Positions 29,979-41,602 of a DNA stretch of 64,000 bases are shown here, in pieces. The stretch's first letter is position 1, and the number at the start of each line of letters is the position of its first letter. Under the pieces are notes generated by a model. It ran no database searches, was not told the origin of the DNA, and saw only the letters and a list, made by a program, of their open reading frames with translations. The DNA is from Dongiaceae bacterium (lineage in GTDB: Bacteria; Pseudomonadota; Alphaproteobacteria; SHNJ01), in NCBI GenBank assembly GCA_050182275.1, contig JBFXCK010000002.1, positions 154,202 through 218,201 of the forward strand, read 5' to 3'. The translations under genes and the position numbers were made by a program.

Positions 29979-30711
29979 AATATTTTTGATCATTTTACTA
30001 ATCCTGCTGCCTGTTTTTGCTCAGGCGGCGGTGGTGCGGCAAGTGATTCCTCCGGAATTAAGCTTCCGCGGCGTCAATGTGTTTTGCGCCAACGATTTAT
30101 CGCGCGCCGAATTTTCCTTCAAAAAGGCGGCCGATTTGATCATTATTCCCAAAGGCGGCGCGGTATTTTTCACCCGCGAGGAAATTATGGAAACCGCACG
30201 GCTGTTGCCGCGTTTGCCGCTTTATAGTTTGGATATTTCCGGTTTAACCATTGTTGAACCGCAAGCGCCCTATACCATGATCCGCCGCAATAAAAATTCA
30301 TATGAAGCCGAAGTGCCGGCGCGGGTCATTAAAATCGCCGCCGATGATGCGGCGGGCTTAAGCCAGGCGCTGAATAATATGGTGATTCAGCAAAACCGGC
30401 TTGACCAGTTTGCCGATTTTCTTTTTTTATTGCAGCGTCCGGGCCTAAGCAAGAATCAGCAGCGGGCAGGAGCCGAAGTTTTGCGGCAATTGGAGCAAAG
30501 CCGGTGTTATAAAACCGTATCCGACACAATGCCTTCTTCCGGCCTGCCTTTAGTGCAGCGTAAAGGGAAGGATAATTTTCAAATTCCCCGCGTAACGCCT
30601 CTTGCAGCTGTCGAAATGCCTGGCGCTTTCAAAGCAGCGGCAGACAGGCTAAAATCCCAGGCAACTTATATCGGGCGGCAAATACGCGCTTTAGAAGCCG
30701 TTAAAAGCTAA
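29962..30711 (+). CDS. exported hypothetical protein (Sec signal peptide)
   Basis: MNKTVKIFLIILLILLPVFAQA signal peptide. Shares an SFKxKKAADLI block with the next gene. Confidence 0.6.
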   Translation: MNKTVKIFLIILLILLPVFAQAAVVRQVIPPELSFRGVNVFCANDLSRAEFSFKKAADLIIIPKGGAVFFTREEIMETARLLPRLPLYSLDISGLTIVEPQAPYTMIRRNKNSYEAEVPARVIKIAADDAAGLSQALNNMVIQQNRLDQFADFLFLLQRPGLSKNQQRAGAEVLRQLEQSRCYKTVSDTMPSSGLPLVQRKGKDNFQIPRVTPLAAVEMPGAFKAAADRLKSQATYIGRQIRALEAVKS

Positions 30712-30790
30712 GATAGCCCCTAGTATTTTACCCTTGTGAGGCTTTAGCCTTTTAGGATATACTATTACAACATTCAAAGGGGATAGGGCC

Positions 30791-32113
30791 ATGGCCGAAC
30801 CACGTTTTAGAAATACCGCCGCCGCTTTTTTGGGGGCTTTAGTAGGGGTTAACAGCACCTTGGCGCAAAGCTCGGCGCCTGGCATGGAACGCCCTATCCG
30901 CCCTGGTAATACCCCCGTTACTCCACAAGCGCCCGCGCTTGGCGATCCCGGCCTTGCGCCGCCGGCCTATAACCGCTTTATCCGCCAGGAAGCGACGCTG
31001 GAGGGCGGGCCGTTTTTTCTGGGCAAAAATGATTACAGCCAGCTCAGTTTTAAAGTTAAAAAAGCCGCCGATTTAATTCGGGTGACGCTTTTAGACGCAA
31101 CGCCGTTCGATGCCAATCTGCTGCAGCAAGCGGTGCTGGGTTTAAAAAATCTTCCCCTGGTTGGTTTGCGCCAGGATGGCATCGAGATCATCCGTCCCGG
31201 CCAGGGCGGCCCAACCGTGAACGGCTTGCGCGGCGTTTATACGGTTCGGCAAACCGGCAGCTATGAATATATTCCCTATAGCGACGCCAACCGCATCCAG
31301 GGTGTTTTGAATGAATTAATCGGGAAACAAGAGCAATATGAACAACTGCTTCGTTTATTCAGTGTGCGCGCCAATCCCCGCTCCGATAATAAATTGGCCC
31401 AGCAGGCGGTCGAGGCGGTACAGGATTTAAAAGAAGAATTAGCGCGTACCGGAATTTACCGTGTGCCGGTAGGCGGGCTGGTCAGCTTGCCGAACAGCGC
31501 CGATCCCAACCCCAATTTCCCGATCGAGGCAAGAAACACCGAAGAAGTGCGGGTAAGCGAACGTGTGTTACAGGAAATTTTTGGCCGCTATGGCGCGATT
31601 GTGCGTACCGCCAACGAATATATGCGTAATAACGATATCCGCGATAATGCGCAGCCCCTGCCGGCCGAGCCGCAACCGCAGCAGCCCGCGCCGCAACTCG
31701 ATCCGTTGGCCAAGGAACGCTATCAAAACGCCTATACCGAATATAAAGAAAGATATAAAAACTTAACGCTGGCGCAATTAACATCCGAAATGGCCGAGGC
31801 GCAAAGGGAAGTTTTAAAGCGCATTGAAGTATTGATTCACAATGATTCGGTGCCGGTTTTGCGCCGGGAATTGGGCGATAATAATCTTGATCCGCTTTAT
31901 GCGCTGGTTGATTTCAGAAACGGCAAGGATTTAACCCCGGCGCAAATGAACGCGGCTTACAGCTTGTTGAAAAATTCCAGATCCACCAGCTTGGATTTGG
32001 TGCGCGCTTTCAAGGGGGCTAATAACGAGCCCACCACCGTAGCGCGGATGGATGTGATTAATTTAAATATTGCGGCGATGCGAACCAAGGAAAGACAAAA
32101 TGAAGGCAAATAA
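30791..32113 (+). CDS. exported hypothetical protein, paralogous N-terminal region to the previous gene, Q/P-rich segment
   Basis: Signal-like N-terminus. LSFKVKKAADLIRVTL vs FSFKKAADLIIIP in the upstream protein. Confidence 0.6.
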   Translation: MAEPRFRNTAAAFLGALVGVNSTLAQSSAPGMERPIRPGNTPVTPQAPALGDPGLAPPAYNRFIRQEATLEGGPFFLGKNDYSQLSFKVKKAADLIRVTLLDATPFDANLLQQAVLGLKNLPLVGLRQDGIEIIRPGQGGPTVNGLRGVYTVRQTGSYEYIPYSDANRIQGVLNELIGKQEQYEQLLRLFSVRANPRSDNKLAQQAVEAVQDLKEELARTGIYRVPVGGLVSLPNSADPNPNFPIEARNTEEVRVSERVLQEIFGRYGAIVRTANEYMRNNDIRDNAQPLPAEPQPQQPAPQLDPLAKERYQNAYTEYKERYKNLTLAQLTSEMAEAQREVLKRIEVLIHNDSVPVLRRELGDNNLDPLYALVDFRNGKDLTPAQMNAAYSLLKNSRSTSLDLVRAFKGANNEPTTVARMDVINLNIAAMRTKERQNEGK

Positions 32114-32927
32114 TTTAAAGGCGATTGCAGCGGGTGTTGGAACTTTATCGGCGGCTACCCTTACCGGCTGCCATTTAACCTCGGAAAAAACCTATACCGC
32201 CGGCAATCTGGCGGTGGAATCCACCGGCACCACTCAAACCACTATGTTCGCCAGCGTGCCGCAGGCTTTAGATCAAATCGGCCCTATCGATATCGCGGTG
32301 CGCGATTTGGACGGCAATGTGCGCACTGGCGTCATGACCTTTATTATCGATCAGCAAAAATTTCAAAGCGCTGAAAATCTGCGCAATATTTTTGGCGCAA
32401 GCGGCCGTCATCCCATCGGGCAGGGAACTTTGCCGGGCTTGGCCAGCCAGTTTGTGGCGATTCAGCAATTCGATCAACAACCTTCCGAGACGCGCCTGGC
32501 CAATTTATGGCGCTTTTGGGACGGGATGGAGCAATCGGTCAAAACTTACGGCCCCGACCGTGATTTCCGCAATGTAATCGCCTATAAAATTTATGCGGTT
32601 GAGATTGTGCAAAATTTCGGCAATTACGGTTATGGCGGCACTATCACCAGCAATTATGTCGATCAGCGGATTCACGCCAATATCACCAGCCATGATTTGC
32701 GCCATATTGCCCTGGACGTTTGCCGGCATCAAAAGAATTTATTTTCACAAATGTTTATACAAGTGGCCGATCAAAATGTGCAGGATTACCTGCAGCAGAC
32801 AGAAGTCGCGCCGCCTGCCGTTCAGCCAGAGCAACCAGCGCCCGTTATTGAGCCGCCGCAGCCTGAAGAAAATGGCATCCCTTCGGTGAATGCCAGGGGT
32901 ATCGCGTTTAAAGTCCGCCACCGCTAA
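32100..32927 (+). CDS. hypothetical lipoprotein with Pro-rich C-terminus
   Basis: Lipobox LTGC after MKANNLKAIAAGVGTLSAAT. Start overlaps the upstream stop by 14 nt. Confidence 0.6.
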   Translation: MKANNLKAIAAGVGTLSAATLTGCHLTSEKTYTAGNLAVESTGTTQTTMFASVPQALDQIGPIDIAVRDLDGNVRTGVMTFIIDQQKFQSAENLRNIFGASGRHPIGQGTLPGLASQFVAIQQFDQQPSETRLANLWRFWDGMEQSVKTYGPDRDFRNVIAYKIYAVEIVQNFGNYGYGGTITSNYVDQRIHANITSHDLRHIALDVCRHQKNLFSQMFIQVADQNVQDYLQQTEVAPPAVQPEQPAPVIEPPQPEENGIPSVNARGIAFKVRHR

Positions 32928-33009
32928 TAAACACAACAATTCCGGCGCTTTTCCCCCTCCCAAGCAGGATTTTCTGGATATTTCATATCGCGCGTGCTTT
33001 AGTTGAACA

Positions 33010-34470
33010 ATGCACGATCTTGATTTTATCCGCCAGCATTCAGCCGAATTTGATAAAGGTTTAAGCCGCCGCGGCCTTGAACCGTTAAGCGCCGCTTTAT
33101 TGTCGCTGGATAAAAAGCGTAAAAACGTTCAAACCGAGCTGCAGCAAAGCTTGGCCAACCGTAATGATTTATCGCGCCAAATCGGCGAGATCAAAAAAAA
33201 TAAAGGCAATGCCGATGTGTTGATGGCGCAAGTCGCGGCGCTGAAAACCCGCATTCCGGAATTAGAGGCGGAGGAGCAATCAATCCTCGGCCAAATCAAC
33301 GCCCAGCTTGAAACTTTGCCCAATTTGCCAGCCGCGGAAGTTCCCGATGGCGAGGATGAAACTTGCAACAAAGAAATACGCAAATTTGGCGAGCCGAAAA
33401 ATTTTTCGTTTACGCCAAAGGCGCATTTTGAAATCGGCGAAGGCGGGCAATTAATGGATTTTGAACGCGCCGCTAAATTATCGGGCGCGCGTTTCGTGAT
33501 ATTGAAGGGTGAAATCGCACGCCTCGAACGGGCGCTGGCGCAATTCATGCTGGATATCCACACCAAGGAATTCGGTTATCAGGAAATTTCTCCGCCTTAT
33601 ATGGTGAAAGACAGCGCTATGTTCGGGACCGGCAATTTACCTAAATTCGCCGCCGACTCTTTCAGCCTTGATATGAACACAGCATCGGCGCCGAATACCG
33701 AAACGCTGGAAGGGCAAATTTTCGCAAGGCTGAAACGCGATTTGCAGGATAAAAATCCGGAATTGCTGAATTACATTTCCGGCGGCAAAGACGAGGCCGA
33801 GGCCTTCGCCAAATTATTGCAGGCCGCCGAACGCAGTATGGCCTCGCAAAGCGCCGATAACCGCCGCTGGTTGATTCCAACCGCCGAGGTGCCACTGACC
33901 AATTTGGTGGCCGATGAAATTTTAAAGGAAGAAGAATTGCCGTTGCGCTTCACCGCCTTTACACCCTGTTTCAGGTCCGAGGCCGGATCTGCGGGCCGCG
34001 ATACGCGCGGCATGCTGCGCCAGCATCAATTTTCGAAGGTCGAATTGGTGAGCATTGCGCATCCCGATAAATCGGCGGAAGAACATGAGCGTATGACTTC
34101 CGCCGCCGAAACCATTTTAAAGCGCTTGGAATTGCCTTACCGCGTAATGCTGCTATGCTCGGGCGATATGGGTTTTGCTTCTCAAAAAACCTATGATCTG
34201 GAAGTTTGGCTGCCCGCGCAAAACATGTACCGGGAGATTTCCAGCTGTTCCAATTGCGGCGAGTTTCAGGCCCGCCGGATGAAGGCGCGCTTTAAAGGAC
34301 GCCAAGATAAATCAACCCGCTTTGTGCACACCTTAAACGGTTCGGCCTTGGCGGTTGGGCGAACTTTGATTGCAGTTTTAGAAAATTACCAAGAAGCAGA
34401 TGGCTCGGTAACGATCCCCTTGGTTTTGCGGCCCTATATGGACGGCAAACAGAAAATTCTGGCGGCATAA
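33010..34470 (+). CDS. serS: serine--tRNA ligase carrying a ~50-aa insertion in the catalytic domain
   Basis: N-terminal coiled-coil arm, [20 protein letters not shown], class-II motifs. 486 aa versus ~425 typical. Confidence 0.9.
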   Translation: MHDLDFIRQHSAEFDKGLSRRGLEPLSAALLSLDKKRKNVQTELQQSLANRNDLSRQIGEIKKNKGNADVLMAQVAALKTRIPELEAEEQSILGQINAQLETLPNLPAAEVPDGEDETCNKEIRKFGEPKNFSFTPKAHFEIGEGGQLMDFERAAKLSGARFVILKGEIARLERALAQFMLDIHTKEFGYQEISPPYMVKDSAMFGTGNLPKFAADSFSLDMNTASAPNTETLEGQIFARLKRDLQDKNPELLNYISGGKDEAEAFAKLLQAAERSMASQSADNRRWLIPTAEVPLTNLVADEILKEEELPLRFTAFTPCFRSEAGSAGRDTRGMLRQHQFSKVELVSIAHPDKSAEEHERMTSAAETILKRLELPYRVMLLCSGDMGFASQKTYDLEVWLPAQNMYREISSCSNCGEFQARRMKARFKGRQDKSTRFVHTLNGSALAVGRTLIAVLENYQEADGSVTIPLVLRPYMDGKQKILAA

Positions 34471-34471
34471 A

Positions 34472-35125
34472 ATGAACAATGCGCCGCGCCAAATCCGCTT
34501 ATTGATGGAATTGCGCGGCCAGGGGGTTCACGATGTCCCTATTTTATCGGCGATAGAACGCATCCCGCGCGAAATTTTTGTCCCGCCCCAATTTCAAGAC
34601 CAGTCTTATGAAAATATCCCCTTGCCGATTGGCCATGGGCAAACCATCAGCCAGCCCTCGATCGTGGCGTTGATGCTGCAGGCGCTGGAGATTAATAAGC
34701 GGCATAAAGTGTTGGAAATCGGCACCGGCTCTGGGTATCAAACCGCGTTGTTGGCGCTGCTATGCCGGCGGGTTTATACTATCGAGCGCATCCCGGAATT
34801 GGCAAAATCCGCCGAAGAGATTTTTAAAAAGCTGCAAATGAATAATATCACCACCAAAATCGGCGATGGCGCCAAGGGCTGGCCCGAACAAAAACCCTTT
34901 GACCGCATTATCGCCGCGGCGGTAGCGGACGAAGCCCCGCCTTCCTGGTTCGATCAATTGGCCGAAGGCGGTATAATGATTTTGCCTCTGGGCGAGCAGG
35001 GCGGGGATCAGCATGTGGTTAAAATCACTAAAAAGAACGGTGAAATGCTTAAGCAGCAGCTATGGCCGGTGCGCTTTGTCCCCTTGGTTACCGAAGAAAA
35101 CCCGGCTTTGCGGAAAAGTGGATAA
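34472..35125 (+). CDS. pcm: protein-L-isoaspartate O-methyltransferase
   Basis: GQTISQP, LEIGTGSGYQTA motifs. Confidence 0.9.
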   Translation: MNNAPRQIRLLMELRGQGVHDVPILSAIERIPREIFVPPQFQDQSYENIPLPIGHGQTISQPSIVALMLQALEINKRHKVLEIGTGSGYQTALLALLCRRVYTIERIPELAKSAEEIFKKLQMNNITTKIGDGAKGWPEQKPFDRIIAAAVADEAPPSWFDQLAEGGIMILPLGEQGGDQHVVKITKKNGEMLKQQLWPVRFVPLVTEENPALRKSG

Positions 35126-35201
35126 GCCCGCTTTGACGGTTGCATTTCCTGGCCCAATGGCTATAGTTGCTTCAATTCTTAATAATAGTTGAGGTATATC
35201 C

Positions 35202-35549
35202 ATGTTTTCTACCGCTTTCGCTCAAACCGCCGACACGGCCGCCGGCAGCTCGAATTTTTTGGTGCAAATGGCGCCGATTTTTCTGATCTTTTTGGTGTTC
35301 TATTTCTTGCTTATCCGTCCACAGCAAAAAAAGCTGCAGGCGCATCAGGCCATGGTCAAAAATTTGCGCCGCGGCGATAAGGTCGTGCTGGGCGGGGGCA
35401 TTCTTGGCACCATCGAGCGTGTGGTCGATGATAAAGAAATCATCGTCAAAATCGCCGAGGGCACCGAGGTGCGGGCGTTAAAGGAAAGTGTCGCCACCGT
35501 TCTGGCCAAACCCGGTGTAAGCGACGCCATCACCAAAGACGCCGCGTAA
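35202..35549 (+). CDS. yajC: preprotein translocase subunit YajC
   Basis: Single TM plus LRRGDKVVLGGGILGTI. Confidence 0.85.
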   Translation: MFSTAFAQTADTAAGSSNFLVQMAPIFLIFLVFYFLLIRPQQKKLQAHQAMVKNLRRGDKVVLGGGILGTIERVVDDKEIIVKIAEGTEVRALKESVATVLAKPGVSDAITKDAA

Positions 35550-35564
35550 GCGTTTTTAATTTTC

Positions 35565-37142
35565 ATGCGCTGGAACGTTAAAAATATCATTATATGGGCG
35601 GTTTGCCTTTTGGGCGTGCTGTTTGCGCTGCCTAATTTATTCAGCCCCGCCACGGTTGCTAAATGGCCAGGCTTTATACCCAAGCAGCAAGTTACGCTGG
35701 GCTTGGATCTGCAGGGCGGCTCCTACCTGTTGCTGGAAGTTGAAACCGATAAAGTTATCGAAGAAACCCTGAATAATACGCTGGACAGCGTGCGTAAAGT
35801 TTTGCGCGACCAACGGGCCGGCTATACCGAGCTGAATGTTAAAAATAAAGTCATCCAGTTTCAGCTGCGCGATATCAGCAGCGAAACCAACCGTGACCTC
35901 AATAAAATCAGCGAATTGCAAAATTCCTTACGCCAGGAGTTGGGAAATGATTACGGTATTATGCAGGAAGGAAAAAGCACTTTCCGCATCGAGTTTGATC
36001 CTGCGGCCGAAACGGTAAGGCGTTCAAAGACCATCGATCAATCAATCGAAGTGGTGCGCCGCCGGGTGGATGAAACCGGCGTGCGCGAGCCTACCATTCA
36101 GCGCCAGGGCGAAAACCGCATTATGGTGCAATTGCCCGGCGAGGGTGATCCAAGCCGTATTAAAGCGCTGTTGGGCAAAACCGCTAAACTGACTTTTCAA
36201 CTGGTCGATAGCGCCGTCAGTGTTGAAGAGGCGCGGCGCGGCAATTTGCCCATTGGCTCGATGATTGTGCCGGGCGATCATGGGGGCGAATTCGTGGTGC
36301 GCCGCCAGGCCATCATTACCGGCGACATGCTGGTCGATGCGCAGCCCACTTTTCAAGATAACCAGCCGGTCGTTTCCTTCCGTTTCGATGCGCGCGGCGC
36401 TAAACGTTTTGCCCAAACCACCACCGAAAATGTCGGCAAGCCTTTTGCGATTATCTTAGACGGCAAAGTCATCAGTGCGCCGGTTATCCGCCAGCCGATT
36501 ACCGGCGGATCGGGCGTTATCAGCGGCTCCTTCACCACTCAAAGCGCGCATGAATTAGCCGTTCTCTTGCGGGCAGGGGCATTGCCGGCGCCGCTTACGG
36601 TATTGGAAGAACGCAGCGTCGGCCCTGAATTAGGCCGGGATTCAATTGCAGCAGGTTTAAAGGCATCGCTGGTTGGCTTTGGCTTGGTTGCGGCTTTTAT
36701 GATCATTTGCTATGGGCTGTTCGGCATTTTTTCGGTGATAGCCCTTATTATCAATGTGATTTTGATTTTTGCGGTATTGTCATTTTTCGGGGCGACTTTA
36801 ACTTTGCCGGGCATTGCCGGGATTATTTTAACTATCGGCATGGCGGTTGACGCCAATGTGCTGATTTTCGAGCGCATGCGCGAAGAAACCGATTTGGGAC
36901 GCACGCCGATGGCGGCAATCGAGGCGGGGTATAAACAAGCGATGGGCACCATTACCGACGCCAATTTAACCACGTTGATTGCAACTATTATGCTTTACAT
37001 TTTTGGCTCTGGGCCGGTGCGGGGTTTCGGCGTAACCTTGACCATCGGGATTATCGCCTCGATGTTCACCGCGATTATTGTCACCCGTCAAATTGTCAAT
37101 GCCTGGGCGCGTAAAAAGCGCCCGGCAGCGCTGCCGCTTTAA
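35565..37142 (+). CDS. secD: protein translocase subunit SecD
   Basis: Large periplasmic domain, six TM helices, LGLDLQGG motif. Confidence 0.9.
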   Translation: MRWNVKNIIIWAVCLLGVLFALPNLFSPATVAKWPGFIPKQQVTLGLDLQGGSYLLLEVETDKVIEETLNNTLDSVRKVLRDQRAGYTELNVKNKVIQFQLRDISSETNRDLNKISELQNSLRQELGNDYGIMQEGKSTFRIEFDPAAETVRRSKTIDQSIEVVRRRVDETGVREPTIQRQGENRIMVQLPGEGDPSRIKALLGKTAKLTFQLVDSAVSVEEARRGNLPIGSMIVPGDHGGEFVVRRQAIITGDMLVDAQPTFQDNQPVVSFRFDARGAKRFAQTTTENVGKPFAIILDGKVISAPVIRQPITGGSGVISGSFTTQSAHELAVLLRAGALPAPLTVLEERSVGPELGRDSIAAGLKASLVGFGLVAAFMIICYGLFGIFSVIALIINVILIFAVLSFFGATLTLPGIAGIILTIGMAVDANVLIFERMREETDLGRTPMAAIEAGYKQAMGTITDANLTTLIATIMLYIFGSGPVRGFGVTLTIGIIASMFTAIIVTRQIVNAWARKKRPAALPL

Positions 37143-37154
37143 AGGGAATTTACT

Positions 37155-38060
37155 ATGTCTTTGCGTTTCATTCCTTCCAATACCAACATTAATTTTTTCC
37201 GCTATAAATGGATTGCGATCGGCTTTTCGGTTTTGCTGACTATTATTTCGATCGTCTCATTGGCGGGGCAGGGGCTTAATTTTGGGATCGATTTCCGCGG
37301 CGGGATTTTGCTGGAAGTGGATCCCCAGCAGCCTGTTGAGTTGAGTGCTTTGCGCCAGCAATTAAACAATTTAAATTTGGGCGAAGTTGCCTTGCAGGAA
37401 TTCGGCGAACAAAAAAACCTTCTTATCCGCGTGCAACAGCAAGCCGGCGGCGAAGCGGCGCAAATGGCCGCGGTTAATCAAATCAAAGAATCATTAGGCG
37501 CAAGCTATGATTACCGCCGGGTTGAATTGGTTGGCCCCAAGGTGGGCAAAGAGCTGATTCAGGCGGGCGCTTTGGCCACTGGCCTTTCGATTTTGGGAAT
37601 CGTGTTGTACATTTGGTTCCGCTATGAATGGCAATTCGGCTTGAACGCGATGCTGGCGACCGTGCATGATGTGCTGACCACTTTGGGTTTATTTTCAATT
37701 TTGCAGTTGGAATTTAACCTAACTTCCGTGGCGGCGATTTTAACTTTGGCGGGCTATTCAATTAATGACACGGTCGTGGTCTATGACCGCATCCGTGAAA
37801 ACAGGCGCAAATACCGCTCGATGCCGCTGGAAGAATTAATGAACCAGGCGGTCAACCGCACGCTGTCGCGCACGCTGATGACCAGTTTAACGGTGTTTTT
37901 ATCGGTGCTGGCGATTTACTTTTTCGGCGGCGAAGTTTTAGCCGGTTTTGCGCTGGCGATATTATGGGGGATTTTTGTGGGCACCTATTCATCCATCTAT
38001 GTCGCATCGCCCTTGCTGCTGTTTTTCATGCCCAGCCAGCCAAAAGCCGAGGCCGCTTAA
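37155..38060 (+). CDS. secF: protein translocase subunit SecF
   Basis: FGIDFRGG motif. Follows secD. Confidence 0.9.
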   Translation: MSLRFIPSNTNINFFRYKWIAIGFSVLLTIISIVSLAGQGLNFGIDFRGGILLEVDPQQPVELSALRQQLNNLNLGEVALQEFGEQKNLLIRVQQQAGGEAAQMAAVNQIKESLGASYDYRRVELVGPKVGKELIQAGALATGLSILGIVLYIWFRYEWQFGLNAMLATVHDVLTTLGLFSILQLEFNLTSVAAILTLAGYSINDTVVVYDRIRENRRKYRSMPLEELMNQAVNRTLSRTLMTSLTVFLSVLAIYFFGGEVLAGFALAILWGIFVGTYSSIYVASPLLLFFMPSQPKAEAA

Positions 38061-38671
38061 GCCGCTTGTTTTAACCCCTGGCTTAACAGCGATGCCACAT
38101 ATTCCCAATTGACCATGCTTTCCAAGAACGCCTTTAAGTAATCGGGGCGGCGGTTGCGGTAATCGATGTAATAAGAATGTTCCCATACATCGCAGCCCAA
38201 TAAGGCTGTTTGGCCAAAGCAAAGCGGATTCACGCCATTGGGGGTTTTGGTGATTTTCAATTTTCCCTTGTCCAATACCAGCCAGCACCAGCCGCTGCCG
38301 AATTGAGTAACGCCGGCCTGGGTGAAATCTTCCTTGAATTTATCGATGCCGCCCAAATCAGAGGTGATTTTCTTTTCTAATTCACCGGGCAGGCTTCCGC
38401 CGCCGCCCTTTTTCATCATTTTCCAGAATTGAATATGATTCCAGTGCTGCGAGGCGTTGTTGAAAATTCCGGCCTTTGTTTCATCGCCATAAGTTTTGGT
38501 GATAATTTCTTCCAAGCTGGCATTGGCAAGCGGCGAGTCCTTTAGCAAATTATTTAAATTGGTGACATAGGCCTGGTGATGCTTGCCATGATGATATTCC
38601 AAAGTTTCCTGTGACATATAGGGCGCTAGCGCATCTTTTGCATAGGGCAGGGGGGGAAGTTCAAAAGCCAT
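38057..38671 (-). CDS. sodB: Fe/Mn superoxide dismutase
   Basis: LPYAKDALAPYMSQETLEYHHGKHH and DVWEHSYY motifs. Confidence 0.9.
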   Translation of the reverse strand: MAFELPPLPYAKDALAPYMSQETLEYHHGKHHQAYVTNLNNLLKDSPLANASLEEIITKTYGDETKAGIFNNASQHWNHIQFWKMMKKGGGGSLPGELEKKITSDLGGIDKFKEDFTQAGVTQFGSGWCWLVLDKGKLKITKTPNGVNPLCFGQTALLGCDVWEHSYYIDYRNRRPDYLKAFLESMVNWEYVASLLSQGLKQAA

Positions 38672-38737
38672 GGAAGCCTCCGGGAATGGGTTTAAGAAGG
38701 CCTGACTTTAGCACAGATGCTGAATGAAAAAAAGCCG

Positions 38738-41602
38738 TTAGGCGCGTTTGATTTTTTTGGGGGCCTGCAAATAGGGCGCTAAAAACTGGCCGGTATAGCT
38801 GGCTTTGGCCTTGATAATTTCCTCCGGCGTGCCGGATGCCACAATTTCACCGCCGCCCGTGCCGCCCTCGGGGCCTAAATCAATAATCCAATCGGCGGTT
38901 TTGATGACATCTAGATTATGTTCAATGACTACTACGGTATTTCCCTGATCGACTAGCGAATGAAGCACTTCCAAGAGTTTGTGAATATCGGCCATATGCA
39001 GGCCGGTGGTGGGTTCATCCAAAATATAAAGCGTTTTGCCGGTGGCGCGTTTGGATAATTCCTTTGCCAGCTTCACGCGCTGCGCCTCGCCGCCCGACAA
39101 GGTAGTCGCCTGTTGGCCAATGTGAATATAGCCAAGGCCCACACGTTGCAGGGTTTCCAGCTTATCGCGGATAATAGGCACGGCTTTGAAAAATTCGGCG
39201 CCTTCATCAACCGTCATATCCAGCACATCGGCGATGGATTTTTCCTTGAATTTCACTTCTAAAGTTTCGCGGTTATAGCGTTTGCCTTTGCACACATCGC
39301 AGGGCACAAAAATATCGGGCAAAAAATGCATCTCGATTTTAATAACGCCATCGCCCTCGCACGCCTCGCAGCGCCCGCCTTTGACGTTAAAAGAAAAACG
39401 CCCCGGGCCATAACCGCGCGCTTTTGATTCCGGCAAATTGGCGAACCAATCGCGGATATGGGTGAAGGAGCCGGTATAAGTCGCGGGATTCGAGCGGGGC
39501 GTGCGGCCAATCGGCGATTGATCGATATCAATCACCTTATCGATATATTCCAAGCCTTTGATTTTTTGGCAAGGGGCGGGCTGTTCCCGGCTGCCGTAAA
39601 AATGCTTGGCAAGATTTTTATACAGCGTTTCGATCACCAAAGTCGATTTTCCGCCGCCCGAAACGCCGGTCACGCAGGTGAAAGCGCCTAAGGGAAATTC
39701 CACCGATACATTTTTTAAATTATTGCCGCTGGCTTTAACAACCTCAATGCTTTGCCCCTTTTTTCCAGGGCGGCGGCTGGCGGGAATGGGGATTGATTTA
39801 ATGCCGCTTAAATATTGCCCCGTAATGCTGCGCGGATTTTTGAAAACTTTTTCCGGCAAATCGGCCGCGATAATCTCCCCGCCATGGCGGCCGGCGCCTG
39901 GGCCCATATCAACCAGGTAATCGGCGTTGCGAATGGCGTCTTCATCATGTTCAACCACAATCACCGTATTACCCAAATCGCGCAGGCGTTTTAGGGTGGT
40001 TAGAAGGCGTTGATTATCACGTTGATGCAAACCGATCGAAGGTTCATCCAACACATATAAAACGCCGGTTAAACCCGAACCGATTTGCGAAGCCAGGCGA
40101 ATGCGCTGGCTTTCCCCGCCCGATAGAGTGCCGGAATTACGGCTTAAAGTTAAATATTCAAGACCTACGTCATTTAAAAAGCGCAAACGCTCTAAAATCT
40201 CTTTTAAAATCCGCTGGGCAATCGCGCCCTGTTTAGCATTCAGCTTTTTAGGCAGCGCCTCGATCCATTGATAGGCGTCGGTGATGGATTTTTCGGTGAC
40301 CTGGCCGATATGCAAATGATCTATTTTAACGCATAAAGCCTCAGGTTTTAGGCGGTAGCCATTACAGGCTTCGCATGGTTTGCTAGCTTGGTATTTTTCA
40401 ATTTCGCCCCGCATCCATTCGCTTTCGGTTTGCAAATAGCGGCGTTCCAAATTTGGAATAACGCCTTCGAAAGCCTTGTGGCTGGTATAGGGGCGGTTGC
40501 CATCATGATAACGGATAGAGATTTCATCATCGCCTGAGCCATAGAGCAAAACTTCTTTTACCGTTTTATGCAAATCGCGCCATCTGTCATGCAGCGAAAA
40601 ACGGTAATGCTTGGCCAGGCCTTCTAAAGTTTGAGTGTAGTAAGGTGAGGTGCTATTGGCCCAGGGAGCAATCGCGCCCTCGGCCAGGGTTAATTCTTCA
40701 TCATGCACTACCAGCGCCGGATCGATATAAAGCTTCACGCCCAACCCATCACAGGCCGGGCAGGCGCCAAAGGGATTATTGAAGGAAAATAATCGTGGCT
40801 CAATTTCAGGAATGGTAAAACCAGAGACCGGACAGGCGAATTTTTCGGAGAAGGTTAAGCGCTCTTCATTATCGGCGTTTTCGGCATACACCAGCCCTTC
40901 GGCCAATTTTAATGCGGTTTCTAAACTATCGGCCAGGCGGGTTTTGATGTCATCTGCTACAACCAAACGGTCAACCACCACCTCGATATCGTGCTTTTTA
41001 TTTTTATCAAGGGCCGGGGTTTTATCGAGCGTATAAAGTTTTCCATCAATCTTCACGCGCTGAAAGCCGCGTTTTTGTAAATCTTGCAATTCCTTTTTAT
41101 ATTCGCCTTTCCGCCCGCGCACGATAGGGGCCAAGATATAAAACCGGGCGCCTTCTTTTTGCTCCATAATCCTATCCACCATTTGGCTGACCGTTTGGGC
41201 CGTAATCGGCAAACCGGTGGCGGGCGAATAGGGGACGCCGACGCGGGCATAGAGCAAGCGCAAATAATCGTAAATCTCGGTAACCGTACCCACGGTTGAA
41301 CGCGGGTTGCGCGAGGTGGTGCGCTGTTCAATTGAAATAGCGGGGGAAAGGCCCTCAATCACATCGACATCGGGTTTATTGGTCATTTCCAGGAATTGGC
41401 GGGCATAGGCCGACAGCGACTCGACATAGCGCCTTTGCCCTTCGGCATAGATGGTATCAAACGCCAGGGATGATTTACCCGAGCCGGAAACCCCGGTAAT
41501 CACGGTTAAGGTATTCCTTGGAATATCGAGGGAAATGTTCTTTAAATTATGTTCCCTGGCCCCTTGGATGTGAATATGGTCGGTATCGGGCTTGTTTGTC
41601 AT
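38738..41602 (-). CDS. uvrA: excinuclease ABC subunit A
   Basis: Two ABC ATPase modules (GVSGSGKSS; GVSGGGKST) plus Zn-finger Cys pairs. 954 aa. Confidence 0.95.
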   Translation of the reverse strand: MTNKPDTDHIHIQGAREHNLKNISLDIPRNTLTVITGVSGSGKSSLAFDTIYAEGQRRYVESLSAYARQFLEMTNKPDVDVIEGLSPAISIEQRTTSRNPRSTVGTVTEIYDYLRLLYARVGVPYSPATGLPITAQTVSQMVDRIMEQKEGARFYILAPIVRGRKGEYKKELQDLQKRGFQRVKIDGKLYTLDKTPALDKNKKHDIEVVVDRLVVADDIKTRLADSLETALKLAEGLVYAENADNEERLTFSEKFACPVSGFTIPEIEPRLFSFNNPFGACPACDGLGVKLYIDPALVVHDEELTLAEGAIAPWANSTSPYYTQTLEGLAKHYRFSLHDRWRDLHKTVKEVLLYGSGDDEISIRYHDGNRPYTSHKAFEGVIPNLERRYLQTESEWMRGEIEKYQASKPCEACNGYRLKPEALCVKIDHLHIGQVTEKSITDAYQWIEALPKKLNAKQGAIAQRILKEILERLRFLNDVGLEYLTLSRNSGTLSGGESQRIRLASQIGSGLTGVLYVLDEPSIGLHQRDNQRLLTTLKRLRDLGNTVIVVEHDEDAIRNADYLVDMGPGAGRHGGEIIAADLPEKVFKNPRSITGQYLSGIKSIPIPASRRPGKKGQSIEVVKASGNNLKNVSVEFPLGAFTCVTGVSGGGKSTLVIETLYKNLAKHFYGSREQPAPCQKIKGLEYIDKVIDIDQSPIGRTPRSNPATYTGSFTHIRDWFANLPESKARGYGPGRFSFNVKGGRCEACEGDGVIKIEMHFLPDIFVPCDVCKGKRYNRETLEVKFKEKSIADVLDMTVDEGAEFFKAVPIIRDKLETLQRVGLGYIHIGQQATTLSGGEAQRVKLAKELSKRATGKTLYILDEPTTGLHMADIHKLLEVLHSLVDQGNTVVVIEHNLDVIKTADWIIDLGPEGGTGGGEIVASGTPEEIIKAKASYTGQFLAPYLQAPKKIKRA

